Counted from the whole stretch's first letter, positions 39,415 through 53,489 are shown. The stretch: DNA of 62,383 bases, filler included, from Choristocarpus tenellus KU-1152 (GCA_964200185.2; 11 parts of 11 records of this genome joined end to end with filler, not necessarily neighbours in it), one strand, 5' to 3'. Translations and numbers: made by a program. The notes: generated by a model not told the origin, from the letters alone.

Positions 39415-42400
39415 ATGGTTGAAGATCGACACACTCCGAAGGCGCCTAGTCATCAAGCCATTTTCTCCGCCGCATCGATCATCTCCAAATATACTACCGT
39501 CTCCAATCCCCACATCACACCAATGCCCTCGAGTCGTACAGGAAAGCGCCGTGGGACCACCAGCCAAAGGCATGAGGACTGTTTCCCACGTGTTGGTCGA
39601 CCAGTTCATGCCATCATCGAGGAAAACCGTAAGGTACCAATCTTTGCCAACCACTACATTTTTGTGTAAGACCATATCCAAGTTCCTTTCAAGTAGGGCC
39701 CTACACAACAGTTCAGGAGCCAAGATCACCCTCACGTATTTCTTACACATTGCTTTGGAGAATCACATCCTATATATGGCTATCGTCATTTCCTCGTTCC
39801 CTTTTCTCCCTTGTCTCTGGTCCATGATATTGATGGACCGTGAAACATGTGTTCCAGACCGAGCTTTGCCGCAACTGGGAAGAACGGAAGGAGTGCCCCT
39901 TCGGTGGTGAGTGGCGTATGCAGATCGACCGTTCGTGACTCAGGAGAGAAATTTACATATACCAGGCATGATCCCTTCATTTTTCCGTATACTTTTTGTC
40001 CTTACAAGGCTTGGTTCTTCTCGGTCCCTAACTTCACTACCTTGTCCTCCCCAGAAAACTGTGCTTTTGCTCACGGGACACAGGAGCTCAAGTACCGCAC
40101 ACCACGTGAAATGTGAGTGATGAGCAGCGTTGTGTGGTGTTTTCGGGGCAGACTATGGTCATGTTTAATTGTGCTTGCAAATATGATGGAGACACAGTGA
40201 GCCATTCCGTTTATTAGTGTTTGGCGTGGTCGACCCATTGACACATATCCCCAATCTTAACGTAAATTCTCCTTTGGAACTCTTGCATATCATTTCTTGT
40301 ACTCGCCTATGTTCGTTGCCGGACAGGGAGAGTGCGGGTCGTATTCCTGATGCCTCCAAGTACCGCTGTTATCCATGCCTGGTGAGTTTTTCATAACAAT
40401 CCAAAACTAGAGTCAGTGTACTGCAGGAGATATCTGGTTAGATTCTGGTTAAAGCTTGAAGTTTGCTATGCGTCCTTTTTGCAAGATAGCGTTTTACATG
40501 AGCAGGCTACTCCATGTAAAACGACTGAACCCCTGAACTTCATGCATCCTTTCTTGTTGAATTTGTCAGACTTGGGTCGCCACGGGGAGCTGTCCATACG
40601 CCACAAGGTGAGCTATTAATCATTTTAGTGTCCTCAAATGAAAATAACTAAGTACTACTACTGTCTATTTTTGTGAAGTAAAATGTCGCAATGCAGGTGG
40701 CTTGGTACCAGTTCAGGGATAGACCACCAATATGGGGAATGTGGATCATGTTTGATTTCATCAGTTATTCGACCTCTCGTGTACACAGTACAATCCTTTG
40801 GCCTAATCTCCATCCAATCTTCCATAACCCCACCGCAGATGTGTCTTCATCCACGACCCACGAATTAAGGGTCCAACCGATGCCTGGTTGTACTCTGACT
40901 GCCATCCAAACAGTGCGCCTCCCGAAACATCTGAGAAGAGACCAATGTTTTTCTTTCCGGACATGGAGTGTGATCCAGATAGTACAAAGGTATGAGTAAT
41001 CAATATTGAAAATGGCAAATTGTGCGTTCTGCCATTTAGGCGATGGAAAGAAACTATAGTGTCAACACTCTCTTACTATAGCAGATCTGTATGCACGCAC
41101 TACATCTCTCTCATACATCAGACCCTATCACAACTACTGCACCGTCGACCTGAATCTATACACCCAATCTTTGTATTCGAGATCTCTAGACAGTTCTGAC
41201 CTTCCTCATTACACTAGCCCGACATTTTACATAGATACTTCGTCTGGTTCAAAGACCTCTCCCAGTCACGCTTCTAATCCCTGTCATCTACTGTGATCGC
41301 TGCTGTTGTGGTGCACTGTTCCTTTCAGCTCCCATCTCAACCGCTGATGTATGATCTGGACCCTGAGATGCAGTTCAGCAAGCTTCGTGCCACAAGGTAA
41401 AAAGAGGAAAATGAAGAGTATTATTTTCTAAGTTGATTTGATTTGAGACGGATCTCATGCAAATCACACCCAACTTTCTTACTCCAAAACTTGAAGCTCT
41501 TCAGTCATCTGATCCTGCTCTTAATGAGGTGTAACCCTTGATGGCCCTGTGCAGGGTGGTCTACGGTTTGTGGACAACCTTCCTTGACGTTGTCGCACAA
41601 GATAGGCCGCATACTACCACAAAACCAGAGAAATGCAGCGATCAAAGAGATGAAGGCATCACAGAGCCTCGGCCCACACACAGGGACAACCCACTGCCAG
41701 TCCTCCTCGGTCTGCGCAGAGGTGTTGCGGTCATATCAGAGGATACCATCAGCTCACTCAGCAAGAAGAGCTATGTACGCAGAGATGGCCTGCGAATGGA
41801 GCCACTGACTGTTAGGCTCTCGAGGTCACAGTCACCACGTGAGGGTATTGCCTTACTTGTCCTCAATTTGTACCAGTGGCAGCAGTATGTTGAAACTGAC
41901 AACTCACAAGGGTATAGTACCAATCCACGTACTATTCTTACCAGGGCATCCCTAACTTTGAAGGCTCTCTCCTTGGCAGTTACTTTGCTGTTTTTTAAGT
42001 AGACCGTATGTATGTTCCTTTGTGCCAATTGGATAGGGAGTAGTTGTTCTTTACCATCTTTGGCGAGCCTGCCTCAAGTATTGTCATAGGTGTGGCTAGT
42101 GATACCACCTGTATTGCTGTTATCTGTACTTATGTGTAGCGAGCCCTAGAAGAGCATGGTAATACCAATTTTCGATTAACATTGAACATTCCTCTTCAAA
42201 AAGAGCTATTAATTGAGACCCCAGTTTTCCCCGGCCTGGTGTTTTTCTATTCTTCAGTATCCATACCCTATTCCTACTGATATAAAATTCCCCAGGCTTT
42301 CAAAATAAGGGTCAGGGAACACACAACTCACTTTATTCGCTCCTTTCCCAAATTCGAAAACCCAACCTTGCCAGGTCCCTCCTGTAGTGGTGACTACGAC

Positions 42401-42496
42401 ACCACAGTACCTCCCTTGATGCTGATGTCTGAGGAAGAATTCTCACCCTCGTGGTCAGCATCCTCTGCTGAGTACACAAACGGAAAATTTAGGTAA
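39415..42496 (+). CDS. Tandem CCCH zinc-finger protein (TTP/ZFP36/TIS11-like)
   Basis: Exons 39415(start uncertain)-39633, 39858-39906, 40055-40112, 40327-40381, 40570-40607, 40839-40989, 41329-41396, 41555-41844 and 42375-42496 splice in frame. They give [25 protein letters not shown] and KYRCYPCLTWVATGSCPYATRCVFIH, both C-x8-C-x5-C-x3-H. Confidence 0.9.
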
Positions 42497-43164
42497 TTCT
42501 CACAATAGCCACTACCTACCTAGTTTCATTATAATATTAAAGTTGTCCATTTGAAATATGAATGCAATAGGAATAGACAGGACTTTGTGTTGCGTTTGCA
42601 GTACTCAGGGGAGCTTTAGCAATATGACATTTTCATTTGTGCGTCTTGTACATGGTTGTAGTGACTAAGGGTTTGAATGTTGCCCGTATTGGACGCAAAT
42701 GTTAGATGGAGAGGAATTTTCCTTTATTTTAGCATGATCGACTGTTACCGAAACTATTAATTACTTTGTAGATGAGTATGACTTGCCATACCAGTCTCTG
42801 GATGGTGGGGACAAGGTAAGTTCCAGAACTGGGAATAGAATCTATGTGGTAGCTAATCCACACTGGGTCAAAGTATCTGGGGGGGGGTGCCGGCGTCCGT
42901 TTTTCACCCTTTTTTCCATTTTCACTTTTTTGGTGTGATTTGGTCGNNNNNNNNNNNNNNNNNNNNNNNNNNNNNNNNNNNNNNNNNNNNTTAATTAATT
43001 AANNNNNNNNNNNNNNNNNNNNNNNNNNNNNNNNNNNNNNNNNNNNCCCCCCCCCCCCCCTCCCAGATATATTTTCACCCTCTCCTCCCCTCCCCTGCCC
43101 TGCACACAGACAGAGTCCTCCTCCCCTCGCACATCCCAATTTTCACGTACAAACCCTTCCTTAC

Positions 43165-43278
43165 CATGGAAAAATGAAGTCGGATCATCGGAACCCCACC
43201 TCCATGTTTGCATCAGGGGTGTATCTGACGAATTAGCTCGATTGATAGACTGCAGACACGCAGCTGACGCAGATGCGG
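43165..43278 (-). CDS. Isolated probable exon of an unknown gene
   Basis: CAG acceptor after a pyrimidine-rich tract and a G|GTAAG donor enclose a 114-nt phase 1-1 open frame (ASASAACLQSINRANSSDTPLMQTWRWGSDDPTSFFH). Confidence 0.4.
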
Positions 43279-43751
43279 CTGTCGCACGGCGAGGAAGTGA
43301 ACAATAAACAATAAACAATAAACAGCACACAATAATTAAATAAAAAATATAAACAAAAGCGTGCGGGTAGGGGGTTACTGCTACTCTGGTTTCGTCGCAG
43401 ACAGGCGGAGCGCACTTTTAAAAAAAAGAACAAAAAAAGAACAAAATAATTTCAAAAGAGCGAGCAAATACGCAGGCGTGTTGAAATGAAGAGTCGAGAT
43501 TGAGAAAAAAGAAATAAAAAGAAATGTTAAAAAACGGGATTTGGCACTGGGTCGCAAAAGAGTGGTTGGTACTAGCAAAAAAAAATAATCAAGAGGATGC
43601 TTTAAAAAAAAAATGTGTGGTAATTGCGTATGTGTAGGCAGGAGTCACTTTCTTCTTTTTCTTTCTACTGTGTAGTGTAGAATTTTGTTTTTTTAAGCCC
43701 TGGGATTTGTGTTGGAGGTTTCTGTTTCTATGCATAGCATTCAGTCTGAAC

Positions 43752-43784
<33 letters not shown>

Positions 43785-44444
43785 TATCTCAGGTGCCTTG
43801 TTTTGTTTCCTCTATGGGACAGCATGTTGCATGTTTGAGATTTCTACCCCCTTGCATACCATTCTGTATATTGTGTACAGGAAGATGTGAACACAGGGCT
43901 AGGGTTAGGGTGAGAAGGCAAGGAAGGCACCTGTGTGTTGGACAAAACGAGGGTTGGTTTCAGTAGAAAAGAAAAAAAAGCATGCTCCATAACACACCTG
44001 GAAGGACATGGAAGGACTAATCATACAGCACTTTGAGAAATTGGGATGGACTGTAAATAACAAACACATGCACACACACACAGTCGTGCTCTTTAATAAA
44101 AGAGTGGAGATTGTTGGACTTTAGTATTGGCTGAACACAAAAGTAATACCCAAGTAACACTCAATACATACAAATTAACCTAACATGGAATAGGTTCAAA
44201 AGATCATCGATAAAAAAACTAGAACACATACATGCATGCATGTATACATACATAAATACATACAGAAATGTTCTGAAGTGGAATAAAAACACCATTTCAA
44301 CAAGCTAATTCTTCATACCAAAACATGAGATATTTTTCAACGAACTATTTAATAATTAGAAAGCATAACTATTACTGTTATACATAGTGTGCGAGGTGTT
44401 TTGAATCAAAAGTTAAATCACTTCCTTAAACAGCCCGAAAAAAA

Positions 44445-44480
<36 letters not shown>

Positions 44481-44499
44481 CATCATCACTCACAACACT

Positions 44500-44910
44500 T
44501 TTGTTCAGACACATCACTGCTTCTCGGCATGAACTTCTGGGTTCGAACCCCACCGACACCAGAGGTTTTTCAATGGAATCCAAAGTCTGCGTGGCAACCG
44601 CATCGGATTGTACACCAACCGCACTATCCTTTCTGTTACATTGTACCACAAAAAATGCCGAACCATGAACAATAGGGCAATGCTTTGTTGCCAAGCAACA
44701 ACAACAAGGCAAGTCCGGCACATGATATCAGTCGAGTAGGATGAAGCAATGACCAGTGGGATGGCTAAACCTAACACACAAGAACCAAGGACTGCACAAT
44801 AGTCATGGTGGCGTAAAACAGTTAGATATAACAGTAGTAGTTGGTGTGAGAAGTAGTGGAGTGTGTACCAGTCCCTCTGACCATAGGGTGGGATAGTCCC
44901 CAGACTGAAG
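44500..44910 (+). mobile_element. tRNA-related SINE-like repeat (diverged copy)
   Basis: B-box GGGTTCGAACCC at about 44538. Downstream blocks (TTTTCAATGGAATC, TGTACCACAA, CTGACCA...ATAGTCCCCA.ACT.AAG) are colinear with 56810-57200. Confidence 0.55.
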
Positions 44911-45571
44911 ATACTACAAATTGAATATATATATATCAATGATAATAATAATAATAATAACAACAACGAAGAAGTTGTAGAATACAAACAGAAATTATAT
45001 GACCATGTCTACTCTCATTGATGAAGGATCATATAGAGAAAAATCTCCATATAATAATATATAATATGTAATAATAATAATGATAATAAAAAAAGGATAA
45101 TCTTTTCTTATTTCGGATTTCAGTACTCACTTCGTTCCTTTTTTTTCTCCTCCACAACAATCAAACTTCCAAAATAAAAAAAGGTACACATTGCGTCAAG
45201 TTCAAAGTGGTTGGTTATTAAAGTATTCAAAGAAGAAATATAATACACACACACACACACACATACATACATACATAGGCACAAGAGTACCCGTAATCCA
45301 ACAATAACGACAATGATGATATCGACAATCCACAATAGTTGACATAATATTTGACCCGTTTATCACATAGACTTAGCCCTTACAATCTTAGAAGGAGACG
45401 GATATCGGATGATTTAGCAAAGTTATTCAGCTTTGCGATGGGGTTTTTTTTTCGATTTTTGAAGAAAAACAGATACATGTCTATGCTTTTTTCCTTCCCA
45501 TGTTCCTGAGGAGTGTGAGAACTCTATTCAAAAGGAGCATCTGTCTTATGCTGCCGTCTTCATAGTTTTAC

Positions 45572-45619
<48 letters not shown>

Positions 45620-46237
45620 CCCTCCGCTTGACACGGCCAATNNNNNNNNNNNNNNNNNNNNNNNNNNNNNNNNNNNNNNNNNNNNTTAATTAATTAANNN
45701 NNNNNNNNNNNNNNNNNNNNNNNNNNNNNNNNNNNNNNNNNGGGGGGGAAGCGGGGTGGTGTAGGGGTGAGAGAGACCAGGAAGAGAGATCTTGGAAGGG
45801 GTCTTGTGCTGTACCCTTTTTCAGCATGCAACAAACAAAACGCTCTCGATAACAACGGCATTAAAAAACATTCAGAACTTTGTAGTTCCGAGGTTGTACT
45901 TTCCCATAGCGTGGTGAACACTCTACCAACAACAACGGCACTCTATCATCCATCCACACCCATGGAAAAATGTTAATTAAGAAAATCAGCATATGCGTAC
46001 TTGAGATAAGCACCCCCCCACCCCCCCCCCCCCAGAACCAAACCCCCCCCCCCCCCACCCCAAAACCCCCACCACCATCCCGGGGAAAAAAAAATNNNNN
46101 NNNNNCTTGAGATAAGCACCCCCCTACCCACCCACCCCAGTACCAAACCCCTCACCCGCTCACCCCAAATCCTCACTCTACATTCGGGGTAAAAAACATG
46201 TTGAAGTGAAACGTGCTTCCTTCAGCTCAAATAATAC

Positions 46238-48097
46238 CTGTAGGTTGAGCTGATCCCACCACCCCTCGTACAGGAACGCCCAGTACACCCCACTAACGAT
46301 CACAGATGAATCTGCAACAATGTAGAGCAGACCCCACTGCAATTTCAATAAAGCCTTCCAGGACAAAAATCGGGGTAGGGGTAAGAGGAAAGGAAAGGGT
46401 GCAAGGGAGAGAGCGGAGGGAATACCAGGGCATTGAAATAAGCATCAAACCACCAACCTATCACACCCTCTATCAGTTCCATAACGCCGAAAAGGTTCCA
46501 TTACGGCCCCCGTAGAGGTTTGTGTGGGCAAAGCCTAGCAGGTCAATGCTCTCTGCAACTTGACAATTTTTTAGAGGTTGGATGAGGATTTTTTTTTTTT
46601 TAGCAAAGCAACTCAACCGTGTTCTCGTACACACTTGATTTTGTACTTTGTACTTCAACACTCAAATCCCATTCCCCACCCCAAACCACCATCACATTCT
46701 CTTTCCATGCGATATCTCCACTCTGGAGCCCCTTCACCTGCACTGCACTATTGATTCAGTGTACACAATAATTGCTGATACACTACTGAGTTAGCAACCT
46801 GACATCTTGCACTTGAAAATACCTCAAAACCCAACTCAAACGACAAACGCCCCCCTGCATGACCCCCCAAACCCCAATACTGATGCAAGGAGATCCACTC
46901 ACTGATATTTGAGGCCGCCTGTCTGCCTTGCAACAATAGATCCCCCACCCTTTCCGTCTCCACTCCTCATCATCGTTGTTAGGGTCTTCAACCACCCTCT
47001 GTACATCCTCATCAAATCCCTCAGTATGCTTCTTGCTTCCATTGCAAGTATAGTATACTGCTGATGCCAGCGCAATCCAGAAATAGAGAGTCTCCAAAGC
47101 TGTTGCAACAGGGATACCCCAGAGTTTGATATAGGGATGGTTCAGTGTGGACAACAGAAGAGAGGGAGTTGGTGGTGGAGACGGAGACAAGAGCGCACTG
47201 TGCAACTGGAATATGGGTCCTGAGCATGCACCATGTGTTGTTCTGATTGTTTCATCAATGGGAATAGATTTTATGCAGGTGATGATTAAATCTACTTGCA
47301 CAGGTACTCAACAAACCTCCAATGTGTGAGTGTGCTTGCAGAATCATCTTGTTCTCTCTCATTGTATCAGACTGTTCTTAAGCCAGTGCCATTATATCCA
47401 GCAAAATATAGCCTTACGTCTTGACACAAGACAATATAATCAATTGAAACAAACCAAGAACTCGAGCACCTCTCGGTTGTGGTGAAGGCAGAATCTGTTG
47501 CACCTACACGAAAACCTCAACTCTTTGGTATCGCTCACCATACGTCCAGTGGGTAAGGTAGATCTGTCACATCCACAGAGGATAGATGATTGGAAGATGT
47601 CCAGATGTGGGGGAAAGATGGGGGCAGGGAACAGGGTTAGCGATGAGGATATACTGCATAGGAGTGATGTGGACTCTACAATAGAGTAATCTGGCGATAC
47701 AATACTGCCATCCTCTATATGGCACGGGTCAGCCTTCAAGAATCGATCACAATCAAGGCTGCTGATGCCTACACTTGGGGTTGAATTAGCCTGTGTGCAC
47801 GAGGATCTGTTGCGGAAGGTGAAGTGCATGCTAGAATGTCCAAAAGCAATGTAACACCTATTTACCAGCCACTTGGACTCCGTGAAGACCAGCAACGAAC
47901 GGGACAACCAGTACAGGGCATTTATTGCCACGGCCAGGCGCAAGAGCACAAAGAGAGGATGCCATAGAACATAAGAAGAAACGAAGAGTTCTGGCTGCTC
48001 ATGATGGAGGTTCAATGAACAACACCTGGAATGGGGTGGGTTGAAATCGGGGAGGGGGAAGGGATGATATTGCGGGACATCGGGATTCCTCGACAAC
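46238..48097 (-). CDS. Rolling-stone-like multi-pass membrane protein, partial
   Basis: Exons 48097-47866, 47563-47539, 47099-46903 and 46354-46238 join in frame: LLRLAVAINALYWLSRSLLVFTESKWLIYLTHWTYALETLYFWIALASAVYY...ALLKLQWGLLYIVADSSVIVSGVYWAFLY. The IYLT.W and V..YW motifs are typical of rolling stone/FAR-17a-like proteins. The start and 3' exons were not identified. Confidence 0.72.
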
Positions 48098-48701
48098 CTA
48101 GTTCAAATGATGGAGCCCACTTTACGGTACGAAACGCAAAGCTTTACAGGTTATTAGTCATGTTCAAATATAATCATTGTGGTTGACGATGACCTAAACA
48201 AGATCGAATTGCCCAGCACAACTCATTTGGAATGTTGGCACAGAAAACAAATAATATCCACATACACTAGGAGAAAAGGACTTGACCAGATCAGCAACAA
48301 CAAAAAATGACCCAAGCATTAACAGGATCATCATGCTGATGTGGGTGGAGCTGTTGACAGATCAACATAAAAGTTGTTATCAAAGCAACTAGAATTATGT
48401 TTGTAGTGCGAATTTGTGCCATTCTTCGTAATATGCTCTGGATTGCTTTAACTTTGCCCACTATTGCTCAATACAAGTATTGGTTTTCAATCTCCACACT
48501 TGCCTGGATAGGTTAGATGGTAGCATAAATTCATTCAGTTACAAGATTGGGAGAAATACGCTTAGATTTGGGAGAGTTTCATGATACTTGGTGTGAAATT
48601 GGATGCATATAGATAGGATCAAGTGTGGCATATTCAACGCCTCGCCAGGATATACAAACTACTGCAGGCGGAAAAATGTTAACATCAAGCAGTGCAAAAC
48701 A

Positions 48702-51700
48702 ATGGCAACTCCAGTGGCTCAAGTCGGGAGTGTAATAGACAGAAGCGAAAGAAACGATTATGCACGTAAGAGCTGCGATGAGCAAGAGCTCGATGACTTC
48801 CTGGCAGGCTTAGATGGTTCATCTAGTTCTGCCGCTACAAAGCCGTCTTCCATGTTTTTTTACCCTGATCTGAGCAGCGTGGGTTGGGATCATGGCGGCA
48901 ACGGAGTGTCTAGAGAGGGAGATAAAGATCTTGTTGAAGTAGATGTTGAAAGCTGGCTGGATGGTCTAGGGAGTCGGGGAAACTATGGTATAGGTAGCAC
49001 GCCCATAGAGGTTCCAGGGGTGGAACCAGAGATCATCGAGGACGACTTTGAAAGAGAAATGGAGAAACTAGAATTGGGAAAAGAGACCGACGCCTCACCT
49101 CTGAATGCGCTGGCAGGACTTAAGGTGGCCTCTAAGGTAACCGGTACAGGTACGGAGGTGCAAGTGATCAAATCGAGGTATGAAAATGCGACGGAATCTG
49201 CTGGGGTGAGAAATGACCACGAGAAAGGAGGAGGGAAAGAATCTGCAAGTACCACTGACTTAGGGGCTGCGGAAGAGCATCTGGATTGGCCGGAGACTCT
49301 CGATAGCCTGGGTTTGGGTGAAGCAGATACCTCTCTCGTTCTCCCCATGCAACAGACGGAGGAGTTTCCTGATTTTGTTGAAGTTCGAGACCCCAGTCAT
49401 ATTTCCCAATGGCCAAAGTTTACCAGTCCTGTAAAGATTAGACAGGGAGGGATTAGAGGTGGTGGAGGGGGGGGGGGAGTGGGAGCAACAAGAGTACAGC
49501 TGCCTGCGCCCTTACGGACAGTTGAGGTTTTTCTCCGACCTGATGTTACGTGGGAGTCCGTTTCGGATGTGTACCTGGCCGTGGTGCTATCCAGAGGACT
49601 TGTGGTCCGTGAGCAGACCGAGAAGCAGGTAAAATAAGCATGGAGAGGAAAGGAACGGAAATAATGATTGAAGTTCTTTGTGCCTTTCTTTCACAGTCCA
49701 AGATTGCATTGATGCAATGACTGAACTGGTGCTTACATGGTGTTGGCATGCGATTCTTGACCGAGACAGCAAGAAATGAATTGAGTCACACTACAATTGT
49801 ATCCAAATGGAGGGTGCTTTGTAGAGTATGCCCCTCCCTGAAAGCTGTGTTCCACAACGGAAGATCCAAAGCTTGACTTGGAAGGATCAATCCAGAGTAT
49901 AGAGTAGAAGCAAGGTTGTTGATGTAGGTGGGAAGGTGGTAGTAAGGTCAGCAGTTTATTTCGAGATATCTATCCTTTCCATTCCTATCCACCCCTGCAC
50001 TCTCTTGCCCACACACATTCAATACGCCCCTTATGACCCACCAGTTCCTATGCAATTTTTTGAACCAATTAAATGTATGGTGAACAGGTAATAGCAGACA
50101 CAGTAGCAAATAGCAGTCCCGGTGAGTGGAGGACTGTTACACTCCGCGTGGGAGTCACTCGGGATAAGCTCAGGACGCTGGTGATGCAGTTTTTCCAAGA
50201 CAGTGGGGTGGGTGCACAGAGGGAGGTCAAATTGTGTAAGCGATTGTATATGCAGTGGGCATATGAGTAGGCTGGTAGTGGTGTCCAGTGCCTTGACCGC
50301 TTCTTGTTGTGGAGAGGGTGTTGTTTTTCTTCTCTAAAGTGCCGTTCCCCGTTGAATACGAACCTTTGGATTATCAATGCACGCACTCGGGTCTTCCATA
50401 GGCTCCCATCCTGAGCTTAGCTGGCACAATGGTGAGGCTCAACGGTCGAGCAGGGGATGACCTTTATCACGCCATCCGTGATGCCCTTGTGGGACACAAG
50501 ATGCCGCTGAGCTTCCTAGCAAGCAATGCCCACCAAGTGTCGCTGGACCCTCACTACATTAGGTGGGTTGCGACACAGGTTTTCAAGTATCGTTGGTTAG
50601 ACATTGCACTACCTTCATATGCTGTGGCTACTGCCTCCACAGACAAAGCAGATGCTTGGTGCTATTTCTTCCTGTGCACTGAGATGTTCTTGGTGAACCA
50701 ACCAGTACGTGGTCCTGTGACAAACTCATCTCTCACTTCTTGGTGGCCCTTGGTGTGAAGGATATATACACTTTAGTCTTTCCTTCTCATGCCTATCCCG
50801 TAGCCCTCTTGCTCTCTTTTTTGGCAGGGACCTGGTAGCCATGTATTCGCATGAAAACACTGTTAACTTGACCAAGTACGCACTTCCGCTGGAGGAGTTT
50901 GTGCGCAAGGAAGAGGAGCGGTCGGCAAAGTTGGAGGCCACTTTGCTGCCCAAGTACAATGAAGGCGGTGAGGGAGATGGTTGTGGATGGAACGGGCATA
51001 TTGATGTTGATATGGTGATTCATTTGAGCAAGAGGCAGGGAGGGGGGGGTTAGTTTATCCATTTTTTCACACTTCAGTGGCCCTTCCTGGCATTTCATAA
51101 GCCTTGATCACTGGCTGATCTGGACTAGATGAACACAACGTCATCCTCCCTACCTGTATGAGCTCTACTTCCAACCTGTCTACACGCAAATGCAACTCAA
51201 GTCCATTCTCCAGGCTTTGATGTTCTTGTACACAAGAAGTACATGCACTCATGACATGCCCGCATGCTCACCTGTACCCCATGTCGTTGCCCCTGCTCAG
51301 GGTTGGAGGTCCCACGCCCAACCCGTGCCTTGCCCCTCAGCTCCTACCCCTTGACGACAAGTCGACCTCCGGTGTCATCCTGCGGAGTGAAGGAGGCTAG
51401 GGAGATCATGGAACGAGCGCAATATCGTGCCTTCGGGGGTGGGAGGGAGGTTGAAGCCCTGTCGACAGCAGCAGCAGCCGCACAAGGAGGGGCAGGGGCT
51501 GCGCCAGCTGAGTGGAATGGGGGAGAGGGAAGTGGAAGAGAAGGGAGGGGGGAGTTAGCAGGGCGAGGGAGGGCAGGGGAGGGGAAGAGTGCGGATATTG
51601 CGAGGAAGATACGTGCGTTGATTCGGGCGACGTGGGAAGATGTCACAGCATGGTGTGATGAGGAGGCTCAGGCCCGGGTCCGTAGAAAGGATACCCAGGT

Positions 51701-53141
51701 GTGTTCCCCTGCTGTGTGTGCAAGGAGGGGTGATGGGGAGTATGGAAGGGGAGGCAGTAGAGGGGAAAGGAAAGAGGGTGTGGCGTTTGTTGATGGTATG
51801 AGAGCGTGTGAGGGGCTCAATTTGTTGTTGGGGAAGAAAATGGCATGGTCTTGTTTTGTGTGGCTGGGTAAGTTATGTGCGTGCATGGCCTTGGGTGTTT
51901 GGGTGGAAGGTTTGGGTATGTTTTTCCGTGTACCTGTATGTACTTTGCTACAGTGTATCTGTATGTACTTCGCTACAGTGTATCTGTATGTACTTTGCTA
52001 CAGTGTATCTGTATGTACTTCGCTACAGTGTATCTGTATGTACTTTGATACAGTGTATCTGTATGTACTTCGCTACAGTGTATCTGTATGTACTTCGCTA
52101 CAGTGTATCTGTATGTACTTTGCTACAGTGTATCTGTATGTACTTCGCTACGGTGTATCTGTATGTACTTCGCTACAGTGTATCTGTATGTACTTCGCTA
52201 CAGTGTATCTGTATGTACTTCGCTACAGTGTATCTGTATGTACTTCGCTACAGTGTATCGCTATGTACTTCGCTACAGTGTATCTGTATGTACTTCGCTA
52301 CGGTGTATCTGTATGTACTTCGCTACAGTGTATCTGTATGTACTTCGCTACAGTGTATCTGTATGTACTTCGCTACAGTGTGGTACGATTGATGCTGTCA
52401 TTGAGCATTGCAAGGGGTCTTAGGTTGGGTTCAAGCCCCATGCACTAGTCTTCATCTGTGAGCACATGTCAGTGGTTGTTTGGACCTACTGCAGATGTGA
52501 GAAGGATTCATTTGCCACCTTTCTTACTTCTCGTTGGGTTGTACAAGTCTGTTCTGCGGTATTTGGATTGACGGAGTGTATGAATTCAAATTGTTGCTGC
52601 TCGTTTGACTCGGAAATGAAACGCGATTTTTATTGGACAAGAACAAACCACTCACTCGGAGTAAGCCTAACGATACACATGCCATTGTCGGTTCACGCCG
52701 GATACATTAATGCCCAGGGTTGTTCATAACCTCAATGGAGGTGGGCACCTTCACTTTTTTGTCAGTCCAAGAAACTAAGTAGAGGGCTTGATTGCCTGAC
52801 TGTACCCCGTCACCACAGACAATACCTCAACAAGTCTCTCGTTGTAACCAGTTGCTACCTCTCGCCCACCCATCCACTTGATCATTAGAAATCACACCCC
52901 GTCCCTCTGTACCTTAATTACTGTACCTTTGTTGGGAGTGGCAGGTTCGGGAGAGGCTCCTGGCCGTGGAGCGTCACCGTGAGGCCCTGGTGGCAGTGCT
53001 GAGGGATAGCGGTGTGACTTCCTCATCACCTCCAAATTGCGATTTTGGAGCCCGATTTCGGCTCATGGCAGAGGAGGTGGTTCTCTTCAATTGCCAGGCG
53101 GCCCATGCAAATCGAGTAGGGCGTCTTTACCTCACCTACAA
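48702..53141 (+). CDS. GRAM-domain-containing protein with a long acidic disordered N-terminus, 3' end missing
   Basis: Exons 48702-49628, 50088-50207, 50402-50562, 50828-50967, 51301-51698 and 52945-53141 all have consistent phases. The last exon reads FRLMAEEVVLFNCQAAHANRVGRLYLTY, matching the start of a GRAM domain. Confidence 0.72.
51928..52380. repeat. Intronic minisatellite, 25-bp unit, about 18 near-identical copies
   Basis: Unit GTGTATCTGTATGTACTTCGCTACA is repeated contiguously with no spacers. Confidence 0.95.
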
Positions 53142-53489
53142 GTGAGTCAAGAAGTTGGAAATTTTATTGTTGAATGTCCTTTTTTTTTTTGCGGTTGGGT
53201 GGGGGGGGCAGGGGAGATTTGGATGAGGCGAAGAGGTTGGGAATGTTGGGGGGGNNNNNNNNNNNNNNNNNNNNNNNNNNNNNNNNNNNNNNNNNNNNTT
53301 AATTAATTAANNNNNNNNNNNNNNNNNNNNNNNNNNNNNNNNNNNNNNNNNNNNCCAAATGGACGCAGCTCTACCCTCTAAGATACTGGTTTTCTAAGAT
53401 GGTTGAATTTTCATCATCTGTGTAGTTTAGTTTTTGACAGCTGTTGAATGGACGACGATAGGGTCCTTGACCCAAATTATGCGCAGCCA

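Noticed and set aside
43751-43783. (CG)n(TG)n tract with Z-DNA potential, and other microsatellites and G/C homopolymers
   Set aside because: These are ordinary simple repeats, common throughout this window.
45999-46125. Direct repeat TTGAGATAAGCACCCCC
   Set aside because: The copies flank a 10-N scaffold gap amid C-runs, so this is most likely an assembly overlap artefact.
51928-52380. CRISPR-like array, or the repetitive ORFs 51264-52448, 51808-52392 and 52088-52423
   Set aside because: Contiguous 25-bp units with no unique spacers and no cas genes. The array lies inside an intron, and the ORFs beyond 51698 are read-through of the repeat.
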